Source of the DNA: Candidatus Latescibacterota bacterium
GTDB lineage: Bacteria; Latescibacterota; UBA2968; UBA8231
Assembly: GCA_964291625.2 (NCBI GenBank)
Contig: OZ220090.1
Location: 736,001-800,000, forward strand
Direction of reading: 5' to 3'
DNA length: 64,000 nt
The notes beneath the pieces were generated by a model. The model had not been told where the DNA came from, did no database searches, and was given only the letters and a program-made list of their open reading frames with translations. The position numbers were made by a program, and so were the translations under genes. Below are positions 42,241 to 50,608 of the stretch, piece by piece. Position 1 is the first letter of the stretch. Each line of letters starts with the position of its first letter.

Positions 42241-42287
42241 GCGCAATATTTTGGTTGACACTTGGTGAATACCCCCATATCTTGTGA
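42241..42287 (+). promoter_or_regulatory. Sigma-70 promoter overlapped by two NrdR-box-like sites
   Basis: TTGACA (42255)-N17-TATCTT (42278); GCGCAATATTTTGGTT at 42241 and CCCCCATATCTTGTGA at 42272. Confidence 0.65.
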
Positions 42288-42315
42288 CCTACCACGTGGT
42301 AATGCGCGCAGTAGA

Positions 42316-42367
42316 GGGGGCTTCCGGGAGTAAGGGGAGATCGCGGAAGTCCCCCATTTTTTCTTTT
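42316..42367 (+). terminator. Intrinsic terminator in the zapA leader
   Basis: GGGGGCTTCCG...CGGAAGTCCCCC followed by ATTTTTTCTTTT. Confidence 0.75.
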
Positions 42368-42407
42368 GACCGGACTCTCCACCCGCAATCTGGAGCCGTT
42401 GCGTCGT

Positions 42408-42746
42408 ATGTCCCGAAAGGAAAGTACGATCGTGACGATCTTCGGGCAGCAATACCGAATCGCCGCCGACGCTGCCGACGCGAAGCACATGGAGACGGTG
42501 GCAGGCCTCTTGGACGGCCGCATGCGGCGGATCGCTACCTCGACCCGGAGAAAGGTCGCCGTGGAGATCGCCATCCAGGCCGCGATGGAGTTTGCTGACG
42601 AGGTGCTGAGGATCCGGGAAGAGCGGGATCGGCTGCTGACGGGTGCAGATGAGCATCTCAGCCGCTTTACCCGCAAGCTTGAGGACGGCGCATCCACCGA
42701 CCTGCTGGCCAGCGGTGAAGACCCGGCGCCAGCGCCGCGCTTCTAG
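42408..42746 (+). CDS. zapA: Cell division protein ZapA
   Basis: VTIFGQQYRI...LDGRMRRI...IAIQAAMEFADE then a coiled coil. Confidence 0.85.
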   Translation: MSRKESTIVTIFGQQYRIAADAADAKHMETVAGLLDGRMRRIATSTRRKVAVEIAIQAAMEFADEVLRIREERDRLLTGADEHLSRFTRKLEDGASTDLLASGEDPAPAPRF

Positions 42747-42814
42747 TTCCCCCCCGGGCCGCAATCGGCCCAGGCCCGCACCCATCCGCGATCCCTGCCG
42801 CTGCCTTCACCCCG

Positions 42815-43333
42815 TCAGATAGGGTGAAGGATCATCGACATCTCCCGGCCTTCCATCTGTGGCAACTGGTCGACGGCGGCCACATCCTCCATCTTCTTCG
42901 CTACATCCTCCATCACCTCGCGGCCCCGGTCGCGGTAGGCCATCATGCGCCCAAGGAATCGCATGCTGACCTTGACTCGATAGCCGTGACCGATGAACTG
43001 GCGAATGTGTCCGAGACGGTACTGGAGGTCGTGTTCGGAGATGTACATCTTGATGCGTACAGTCTTCATCTGCACGTTGTGTTGCTTCTTGCGCGCCTCC
43101 TTGGCCTTTTTCTCCTTGTCGTACCGGTACTTGCCGTAGTCCATGATGCGACAGACCGGCGGGCGCGCCTCGGGTGCGACCTCCACCAGGTCGAGGTCAA
43201 CCTGCTCGGCCATCTGCATGGCCTGGGCGGTGTCGATGACGCCGACCTGCTCTCCGTCGGCGCCGATCAGGCGAACCTGGGGGACCCGGATGGAGTCGTT
43301 GATTCTGGTGAAGGACTGTTGCTGTTTGGCGAT
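42815..43333 (-). CDS. infC: Translation initiation factor IF-3 (ATC start)
   Basis: RINDSIRVPQVRLIG, LDLVEVAP, PPVCRIMDYGKY; GGAGG 9 nt before ATC at 43333. Confidence 0.95.
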   Translation of the reverse strand: MAKQQQSFTRINDSIRVPQVRLIGADGEQVGVIDTAQAMQMAEQVDLDLVEVAPEARPPVCRIMDYGKYRYDKEKKAKEARKKQHNVQMKTVRIKMYISEHDLQYRLGHIRQFIGHGYRVKVSMRFLGRMMAYRDRGREVMEDVAKKMEDVAAVDQLPQMEGREMSMILHPI

Positions 43334-43480
43334 GGACGTTGCCTCCGGAAGAGTCGTGGATATGGTTAAGGGTGATCGGGAATATAACCGCCCGCGATGG
43401 GGACGAGCAACATGCATCCGTCGCCCGGATCCGTCTCCAGGGCGGCGCCTCGGGAGCGCCGGGAGAGCGGGAGAGTAAGG

Positions 43481-44500
43481 ATGTCCGAGTACGGCGTCTA
43501 CGGCATCGGACATGCCCTCGTGGACCTGCAGTTCGCCGTGGAGGACTCCCTGTTGCGCGAACTCGGGATCGCCAAAGGGGTCATGACCCTGGTGGATGAA
43601 GGGCGCCGCCGAGAGGTCCTCGACAGGCTCTCCGATCCGGTGAACCGTGCCTCCGGCGGGTCCGCCGCCAACACGGTCATCACCGTGGCCCGCTTCGGTG
43701 GACGGACTCGCTATGCCTTCCAGGTGGGAGAGGATGATTGGGGCCGCTTCTACCGGAACGACTTGACCGCGGCGGGGGTCGACAGCAGTCCCGCCTGCCG
43801 GGTCCCGGGCGAGACGGGCCAGTGCCTCGTGATGATCACCCCCGACGCCGAGCGCTCGATGCTGACCTTCCTCGGCGCCAGTGGCACCATGGGGCCGCGC
43901 CAGGTGGACCCCGAGGGCATCGCCGCGAGCCGCTTCGTCTACCTCGAGGGCTATCTGCTTACCACGGAGGTGGGCTTCCAGGCCTGTCGGATGGCCTCCG
44001 CCATCGCCCGCGAAGGGGGTGTCGAGGTTTCCCTGACCCTCAGCGATCCCTCCGTGGTCGAGGCCTTCCGGGATCGTTTCAAGGTGCTGGCCGCCGACGG
44101 GGTGGACCTCCTCTTCTGCAACGAGGAGGAGGCCGCCGTTCTCACCGGGGTCGGCGACCCCCACGAGGCCACTTCGAGACTCGCCGATCTCTCCGCCCGG
44201 GTCTGCGTGACCCTGGGTGCCGGGGGAGCCCTGACCGCCGAGAGAGGCTCCCCTCCCCTCCTTGTACGGGGAGTGGAGGCCAGGGCCGTGGACACCACCG
44301 GAGCGGGCGACACCTTCGCCGGGGGCGTTCTCTACGGGTTGGCCAGCGGACACTCGCTCACGGAGTCGGCGAGACTCGGGAATTATGCGGCCGCGGCGGT
44401 GGTCTCGCTCTTCGGCCCACGACTCGAGACCGAAATGGCCCCGCTCGTGGACGAGATTCTCCGGGACCGGGCACCACCTCCCGCCGCCTTGATCACATGA
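43481..44500 (+). CDS. PfkB-family carbohydrate/adenosine kinase
   Basis: GIGHALVD, SGGSAANT, YLEGYL, FCNEEEA, DTTGAGDTFAGG. Confidence 0.9.
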   Translation: MSEYGVYGIGHALVDLQFAVEDSLLRELGIAKGVMTLVDEGRRREVLDRLSDPVNRASGGSAANTVITVARFGGRTRYAFQVGEDDWGRFYRNDLTAAGVDSSPACRVPGETGQCLVMITPDAERSMLTFLGASGTMGPRQVDPEGIAASRFVYLEGYLLTTEVGFQACRMASAIAREGGVEVSLTLSDPSVVEAFRDRFKVLAADGVDLLFCNEEEAAVLTGVGDPHEATSRLADLSARVCVTLGAGGALTAERGSPPLLVRGVEARAVDTTGAGDTFAGGVLYGLASGHSLTESARLGNYAAAAVVSLFGPRLETEMAPLVDEILRDRAPPPAALIT

Positions 44501-44513
44501 TGAGGAAGGCCAG

Positions 44514-45470
44514 ATGAGGATACTCGTCTACTTCGACTTCGCCGCTGACCAGGTCGACGAGCTGGTGCGGTTGGCCCGGCGCCATGGAGATCACGAGGTC
44601 GTGGTCGCCGGGAACGCGTCCTGCGCCGAGGATCTGGCCTCCACCGCCGAGGTGATTCTCGGCCACTTCCCGGAATCGGTGGTCGCCGCGGCCCCGGGGC
44701 TGAGGTGGATCCAGTCCCACAGCGCGGGCATGGACGGATTCCTCCATCCCGCCGTCGTGGAGCGCGAGGAGGTGGTGGTGACGAACATGGCCGGGCTGTA
44801 CGCACCCCAGGGCGGAGAGCACGCCTGGGCCCTGCTGCTGGCGCTCACCCGCGGTCTGCTGCCGTCGGTGCGGAGCATGGCCGAACGCCAATGGCGAGGT
44901 GGCAAGACCTTCGAGCTCGCCGGGGGGACTCTCGGACTGATCGGACTCGGTGGCTTCGGGTTGGAGACGGCGAAGCGTGCCTCCGGGTACGAAATGACCC
45001 TCCTGGCCCTGGACCCCGTCCGGCTCGACCCGCCGGAAGGCGTGGAGGAAGTGCGCCCCCCGACGCAGGAAAACCTGATCTGGCTGCTCTCGGAGTCGGA
45101 CGCCGTCGTGGTCTGCTGCCCCCTGACCGACGAGACGAGGCACATGATCGGCCCCGGGGAGCTCGCGGCGATGAAGCCCTCCGCCTACCTCGTCTGCGTC
45201 AGCCGCGGCGGCATCATCGACGAGAACGCCCTTGCCGAGGCTCTGCGGTCCGAGAGGCTCGCAGGGGCGGGGCTCGATGTCTGCGAGGTCGAACCCCTCC
45301 CGGCGGAGAGCTCCTTGTGGGGTGCGCCCAACCTGATCCTGACCCCGCATTGCGCCGGCGCCTCCCAGCACCGCGCGCGCAAGACCTTCGAGTTCTTTCG
45401 CGACAACCTCGGGCGCTATCTGCGGGGGGAGCCGCTGGTCAACGTCATCGACAAAGGCAAGGGCTACTAG
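44514..45470 (+). CDS. D-2-hydroxyacid dehydrogenase (NAD-binding)
   Basis: GLIGLGGFG, PLTDET, SRGGIIDE, LDVCEVEPLP, LTPHCAG. Confidence 0.9.
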   Translation: MRILVYFDFAADQVDELVRLARRHGDHEVVVAGNASCAEDLASTAEVILGHFPESVVAAAPGLRWIQSHSAGMDGFLHPAVVEREEVVVTNMAGLYAPQGGEHAWALLLALTRGLLPSVRSMAERQWRGGKTFELAGGTLGLIGLGGFGLETAKRASGYEMTLLALDPVRLDPPEGVEEVRPPTQENLIWLLSESDAVVVCCPLTDETRHMIGPGELAAMKPSAYLVCVSRGGIIDENALAEALRSERLAGAGLDVCEVEPLPAESSLWGAPNLILTPHCAGASQHRARKTFEFFRDNLGRYLRGEPLVNVIDKGKGY

Positions 45471-45506
45471 CGGTCCGGATTCCCTCCTTCGGCCGGGCCC
45501 CCGCCC

Positions 45507-46313
45507 TCAGAAGCCGATGGAGCGGACATACTCCCGCATGGCGGAGCTGCGCCGGCTCTCGCTCACCGGATCCTCGCCTTCGTGCGCCGGTTCCCCCGGG
45601 CAGCAGGTGACGACGCGGTCGAAGCCGATCTCGTCGAGGGTCCGCCTCACCGCGGGAAAGTCGACCCCCCGAGCTTCGCCCACGGATACCCACTGCGGGT
45701 GGTAGCGCCCCTCCTCGTCCCGCGTACAGGAGGAGTAGTCCTGCAGATGGACGTAGTTGAGCTGGGAACGGAAATCGCGCAGGGAGGCCACGGGGTCGTA
45801 GCCCCAGAGCTTGGCGTGGGAGACGTCGATGCAGAGACCGGTCTTCTTCACGCGGCTCATGTACAACTTCCAGTGATCGATGGAATCGACCAGGCAGTTC
45901 GTGTGGATGTGGTAGCTGATCTCGAGGCCCAGGCCGGCGGCGTACTCCGCCCAGGCCTCGGCCCCGTCGGCGGCGGCGCGAACGTCGTCGTCGGTGACCT
46001 CCCGGCCCTCGGGCTTGCCCCCGTTCATGAACATGAAGCAGTCGGCGCCCATCTCGGCGGCGAACTCCATTCGCCGGTGGTTGCGCTCCACCATCTCCCT
46101 GTCGCGGTGGTCCGGGGTCCCGGCCGCGGTATAGACGGCCATGGGCATTCCCGCATCTGCGCACACCCGTCGCAGACGGCCAGGCGGTCCGAGCCAGTCG
46201 AGGGGAAGCCGCCCCTCCCAACCATCCCAGCCCGCCTCCTTCAAGGCCGCCAGGGCCGCCGGAAGATCCGGATTGCGCCAGCGCAGCGTACTGTAGCAGA
46301 TGCTCAAACCCAT
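45507..46313 (-). CDS. Sugar phosphate isomerase/epimerase (IolE/xylose-isomerase-like TIM barrel)
   Basis: GWDGWEG, YHIH, IDVSH, YVHLQD, GEARGVDF. Confidence 0.8.
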   Translation of the reverse strand: MGLSICYSTLRWRNPDLPAALAALKEAGWDGWEGRLPLDWLGPPGRLRRVCADAGMPMAVYTAAGTPDHRDREMVERNHRRMEFAAEMGADCFMFMNGGKPEGREVTDDDVRAAADGAEAWAEYAAGLGLEISYHIHTNCLVDSIDHWKLYMSRVKKTGLCIDVSHAKLWGYDPVASLRDFRSQLNYVHLQDYSSCTRDEEGRYHPQWVSVGEARGVDFPAVRRTLDEIGFDRVVTCCPGEPAHEGEDPVSESRRSSAMREYVRSIGF

Positions 46314-46369
46314 CGAGGTGATCCCCTTTCCGCCTCCACCCCGGCAATGGCCTGGGATTGGAGACGAGA

Positions 46370-48736
46370 ATGATGACAGATCCCGGCCGCGGCACCAGCG
46401 GTCTGACGCGCGGTCAGGCGACCCGGGCCCAGCAGGCCTTCATCATCGCCAGCGGTTTCTGGGGAGTCTGGAGCCAAGCCGTGGGAATCGGCACCGCCGT
46501 GTTCACCGGCTACGCCCTCCACCTCGGCGCCGACGCCTCCTACATCTCCCTTTTCACCTTCGTGGCCTACCTGCTGGCCACCGTGCAGCTTCTCATGCCC
46601 GTCCTGGGCCGCTACCTGAGGAGGAAACGCGTCATCATCTCCGTGGGCCTGGTGGAGATCGCCCTGCGGAGTTCGCCGCCCCTGGTTCCCCTGCTCTTCG
46701 CCCCGCCCATGCAGCTGCCGACGCTCATGGTGCTCGCCGGTCTCGGCCTGCTGTGCGGCTACTCGCTCTCCCCCTTCTACAACACCTGGGTGGCCAGTGC
46801 CGTGCCCGGCAACATACGGGGCCGGTTCACGAGCCGCCAGACGATCGTCAGCACCCTCGTGTCCATGATCGCCGGATTCGCCATCGGCGGATTCATCGAC
46901 GACTTCGGGGCGGCCGACAGGCAGGTCCGGTTCCACATCGTCTTCGCCGTGGGCGCGGTCTTCGGTTGGCTCGGGTACGTCGGGCTGAGTCGAGCTTCGT
47001 ACACCGACGGCAACGAAGAACGGGTCGACGAGACGGACGGCCTCGCCCGCCTGGCCGAGCCCTTCCGGGACGGAAACTTCCTCCGGGCGGTGCTGTTCTT
47101 CGGATTCTGGACCTTCGGACTGGGCATCGCCCAGCCCCTGTACAGCGTGTTCATGCTCGACCACCTCGGGATCTCCTACAAGACGATCGCCGTCTTCAAC
47201 GCCGCCTTCATGCTCACCAGCATCCTCGGCTACCGGCTGTGGGCCAGCCTCGTCGACCGCTTCGGCAGCAAACCGGTACTGCAGATCCTGATCCTGCCCG
47301 CCACCTTCCTGCCCGTGCTGTGGGTGTGCAACGCCCCGGGTGCCTACACCATGATCCCGGTGGCCCTGGTCCTCTCCGGCGTCCTGTTCTCGGGCATCAT
47401 GGTGGCCGTGACCCCCCTCCTCTACGGGCTGGCCCCGGCTGGTGGTCCGCGCCCCTACTACCTGGCGTCCTGGTCGGCCACGGTGAACCTGATGGGCGCC
47501 CTCGGCGCCCTGGCCGGCGGCATCCTGGTGCGAGTCCTGCGCGAGGTGAGCTTTCAGATCGAGGACTTCCCCATCGGGCACCTGCAGATCATCATGCTCT
47601 TGAGCGCCGTGGCCCGGATCCCGTCGGTCCTGCTCCTCGGTCTTGTCTCCGACCGCAGCTCGATCTCCTCGCGCCACCTCCTCTCCCACCTCTTCGGAGG
47701 CAACCTGCTCAGCTACACCTTCAACACCGCGGTCTACACCATGGCCCGGCAGGAGGAGCGTCGGGCCCGGGCGGCTCTCGCCCTCGGCCGGTCGGGAAGT
47801 CCGCTGGCGATCGAGCAGCTGATCCAGGCCCTGGCCGACGCCAGTCCCGTGGTGCGCCGGAGCGCCGCCCGCGCCCTTGGAGAGACCGGCTCCGTTCAGG
47901 CCACCGACTCCCTGGTGCGGGAGCTCCTCGACGGCGAGTCGGACATCCGGTCGGAGGCGGCCGAAGCCCTTGGACGCCTGGGTTACCTGAGTGGCGTCGA
48001 CCCCCTGGTGGAAGCCCTGGAGGACGAGGATCCCTGGGTCCGCATCAGCGCCATCCGCGGCTTGAGCGAGATCGGCGGAGACGAGGCGCGGGAGTTGCTT
48101 TTCTGGTACCTGGGTGAGCATCTGGATGACCCCGTCGCCTTCCCTACCCTCGTTGATGTACTCAGCCGCATGGGCGACCACCGGGTCGTGCGGCCCACCC
48201 TGCAGCGGCTCGGCCGCTTTCGCTCCGAGGCGGTGCGCCTCCAGTTGCTCAACAGCGTCTGTTACGCCCTCGGAGCCGGCGGGGAGTTCTACCGCCTCCT
48301 GTCCCAGGAGGAGTCCCAGCGCCCCTCCTCTCTGGCCCGCCGGTTGCGCCGACTGGAGAACGCCCTCGCCGGCAGCCCCGCCCTCGACCTGAGGGTGCGC
48401 GAAGAGGCTCGCATGGCGATTCGGAGCATGGTCCGCGCCGTCGACGCCGAGAATCTGGATGGCCTGGAGGAATCGGCCCGCCAGCTGGCCGGGATCCTCC
48501 GGGATGGTCTGTCGGCGACCGGGAGGCCCCCCTACGAGGTGCTCTCCGTCTACCTGGTGATCTTCGCCCTGGAGACCTTCCTGGCCAGCAGGGGCCGCTC
48601 CGATCTGACGGCGGCACGGGAGATCTTCGTCATCGTCTGTCTGGGCCGCATGGGCAGGCTGGTGCGGGAGCTGGATTCACCGGGGCCGTCAGGCAGTCCA
48701 CGGGACCGTCGGGGGCGGCCCGACCGAGGCGGCTAG
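46370..48736 (+). CDS. MFS transporter fused to a C-terminal HEAT-repeat domain
   Basis: About 12 hydrophobic segments with IRGRFTS and LVDRFGSK motifs, then VRRSAARALG, IRSEAAEALG, VRISAIRGL repeats. Confidence 0.82.
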   Translation: MMTDPGRGTSGLTRGQATRAQQAFIIASGFWGVWSQAVGIGTAVFTGYALHLGADASYISLFTFVAYLLATVQLLMPVLGRYLRRKRVIISVGLVEIALRSSPPLVPLLFAPPMQLPTLMVLAGLGLLCGYSLSPFYNTWVASAVPGNIRGRFTSRQTIVSTLVSMIAGFAIGGFIDDFGAADRQVRFHIVFAVGAVFGWLGYVGLSRASYTDGNEERVDETDGLARLAEPFRDGNFLRAVLFFGFWTFGLGIAQPLYSVFMLDHLGISYKTIAVFNAAFMLTSILGYRLWASLVDRFGSKPVLQILILPATFLPVLWVCNAPGAYTMIPVALVLSGVLFSGIMVAVTPLLYGLAPAGGPRPYYLASWSATVNLMGALGALAGGILVRVLREVSFQIEDFPIGHLQIIMLLSAVARIPSVLLLGLVSDRSSISSRHLLSHLFGGNLLSYTFNTAVYTMARQEERRARAALALGRSGSPLAIEQLIQALADASPVVRRSAARALGETGSVQATDSLVRELLDGESDIRSEAAEALGRLGYLSGVDPLVEALEDEDPWVRISAIRGLSEIGGDEARELLFWYLGEHLDDPVAFPTLVDVLSRMGDHRVVRPTLQRLGRFRSEAVRLQLLNSVCYALGAGGEFYRLLSQEESQRPSSLARRLRRLENALAGSPALDLRVREEARMAIRSMVRAVDAENLDGLEESARQLAGILRDGLSATGRPPYEVLSVYLVIFALETFLASRGRSDLTAAREIFVIVCLGRMGRLVRELDSPGPSGSPRDRRGRPDRGG

Positions 48737-49440
48737 CGGTGCATCCGCCGGATGCGTCGAAGCTCGCGCAGATTCCGCAGGCTGCCGGACAGGGGCCGGA
48801 AGCGGCTGTCGGGGTCGTCCCGCCAGCGCACCGGGACCCGCGCGATGGAATGTCCCGCCCGTGTCGCCAGCAGCAGGATCTCCACGTCGAACATGTAGCC
48901 GTCGACCCGGGCCGCCTCGAAGAGCCCGCGCATGACGGGAGCGCGGAAGAACTTGAAGCCGCACTGAGTGTCCGGGAACTCCCCGAGGCCCAGCCACCAC
49001 CGCGTCAGGCGCCGGAACTGGGCCGAGCCCCACTCCCGGTAGGCACGGCGCGGGGTCCTGATGTCGGACCCGGGGAGCGTGCGGTCCCCGATCGCGATAT
49101 CGGCGCCGGAGGACAGCACCCGGAAGACCTCGTCGAGAGCGGCCGCGTCGGTCTTGTCGTCGGCATCGATGAAGCCCACCACCCGGCCTCGGGCCTCGTC
49201 GAGGCCCAGACGGACGGCGGCGCCCTTGCCTCGGTTCCGGTCCGACCGCAGGCAGCGCACCTCCGGCCGGGCCGACGCCGCCTCTGCCACGACCTCCGCC
49301 GTGCCGTCATCGCTGCCGTCGTCGACGACGATGATCTCGTGCTCCCACGGCCTGGAGGCCAGGAAGGACCGCAGCCCGTCGATGGTACCGACGATGCGGC
49401 TGCGCTCATTGAAGGCGGGGATCAGTACGCTGAGGTCCAT
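48733..49440 (-). CDS. Family 2 glycosyltransferase (polyprenyl-phosphate glucosyltransferase-like)
   Basis: SVLIPAFNE, VDDGSDDGT, NRGKGAAV, DAD, DTQCGFKFF, FDVEIL. Confidence 0.9.
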   Translation of the reverse strand: MDLSVLIPAFNERSRIVGTIDGLRSFLASRPWEHEIIVVDDGSDDGTAEVVAEAASARPEVRCLRSDRNRGKGAAVRLGLDEARGRVVGFIDADDKTDAAALDEVFRVLSSGADIAIGDRTLPGSDIRTPRRAYREWGSAQFRRLTRWWLGLGEFPDTQCGFKFFRAPVMRGLFEAARVDGYMFDVEILLLATRAGHSIARVPVRWRDDPDSRFRPLSGSLRNLRELRRIRRMHR

Positions 49441-49539
49441 GGCGGAGGCGCGAAGCAGGACCGCACGACGGTGCGGGTCCATCGGGTGGCAGGGCCAATC
49501 CCCGCGGCTCTATACTCTCGGAAACCGGACGAGGGGGCC

Positions 49540-49887
49540 ATGAGCGAAGAGACGGTATTCGACCAGATCCTGAGCGGAGGGATCTCCGCCGACATCGTGT
49601 ACGAGGACGAGCACTGCGTCGCCTTCCGCGACATCAACCCCCAGGCGCCCGTCCACATACTGCTCATCCCGCGCCGCAAGATCACCGGACTGCAGGCGGT
49701 GGAGCCGGCCGATGCCGGCCTCCTCGGGCAGCTGATGGCGGCCGCCTGCGCCGTCGCCCGGCAGGAGGGGATCCGGGAGAGCGGATTCCGATGTGTCATC
49801 AATGCCGGCGCCCACGGAGGACAGGAGGTGCCCTATCTCCACGTGCACCTGCTCGGGGGAAAACAGCTCGGGTGGCCGCCGGGGTGA
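49540..49887 (+). CDS. Histidine triad (HIT) nucleotide-binding protein
   Basis: AFRDINPQAPVHILLIP, GQEVPYLHVHLLGG, GWPPG (first His of the triad is Tyr). Confidence 0.92.
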   Translation: MSEETVFDQILSGGISADIVYEDEHCVAFRDINPQAPVHILLIPRRKITGLQAVEPADAGLLGQLMAAACAVARQEGIRESGFRCVINAGAHGGQEVPYLHVHLLGGKQLGWPPG

Positions 49888-49916
49888 CGGCTCCGCAGGC
49901 GGCGGACTGTCTGGCG

Positions 49917-50540
49917 TCAGTCGCGCCGGATCAGGACGATCCCGTTGGCGGCACCCGGAACGGCGCCCTTGATGAACAGAAGGTTGCGCTCCCCGTCGAC
50001 GCGGACGATCTGAAGGCCCCGGGTGGTGACCTTGCGGTCCCCCATGTGGCCGGGCATCTTCTTGCCCTTCCACACCTTGCCGGGCGTCGTCCCCTGGCCG
50101 ATGGCGCCGGGGTGCCGCACGCGGTCGGGCGTACCGTGAGAGGTGTTCTTGCCGCGGAAACCGTAGCGCTTGACGACGCCGGCGAAGCCCTTGCCCTTGG
50201 ATCGACCGGTGACCTTGACGGTGTCGCCCGCCTCGAACTGGGAGACGTCCAGCACCTGACCGACCTCGAATTCCGCGTCCACCCCTTCGGTGCGAACCTC
50301 TCGCAGGTGCCGGTGGGGGGCCACGCCGGCCTTGGCGAACCGGCCGCTGGCGGGCTTGTTCCGCTTGCGCGCCGGAACCTCCTCGAAAGCGAGCTGCACG
50401 GCCGCGTAGCCGTCGCTGTCGTGGGACTTGACCTGAACGACGGGGCAGGCTCCCGCGGCGACGACCGTCACCGGGACCAACTCCTGCCGATCGTTGTACA
50501 CCTGGGTCATGCCCAGCTTCTTGCCGATCAAACCGGCCAT
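49917..50540 (-). CDS. rplC: 50S ribosomal protein L3 (outside the S10 operon)
   Basis: GLIGKKLGMTQ, DGYAAVQL, SKGKGFAGVVKR, KGKKMPGHMG, KGAVPG. Confidence 0.97.
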   Translation of the reverse strand: MAGLIGKKLGMTQVYNDRQELVPVTVVAAGACPVVQVKSHDSDGYAAVQLAFEEVPARKRNKPASGRFAKAGVAPHRHLREVRTEGVDAEFEVGQVLDVSQFEAGDTVKVTGRSKGKGFAGVVKRYGFRGKNTSHGTPDRVRHPGAIGQGTTPGKVWKGKKMPGHMGDRKVTTRGLQIVRVDGERNLLFIKGAVPGAANGIVLIRRD

Positions 50541-50608
50541 CTGGCTTTCCTCGCCCACTCGTTCCCGCGGGATCGGCGGGGACCGGGCGGGCCTCTTGGG
50601 TTTTCGGA

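Noticed and set aside
42747-42814. 6S RNA expected downstream of zapA
   Set aside because: The spacer is only 68 nt before the convergent infC; too short
42815-44353. 512-aa ORF that would make IF-3 a large fusion
   Set aside because: The extension is the antisense shadow of the PfkB kinase; infC has its own SD and ATC start at 43333
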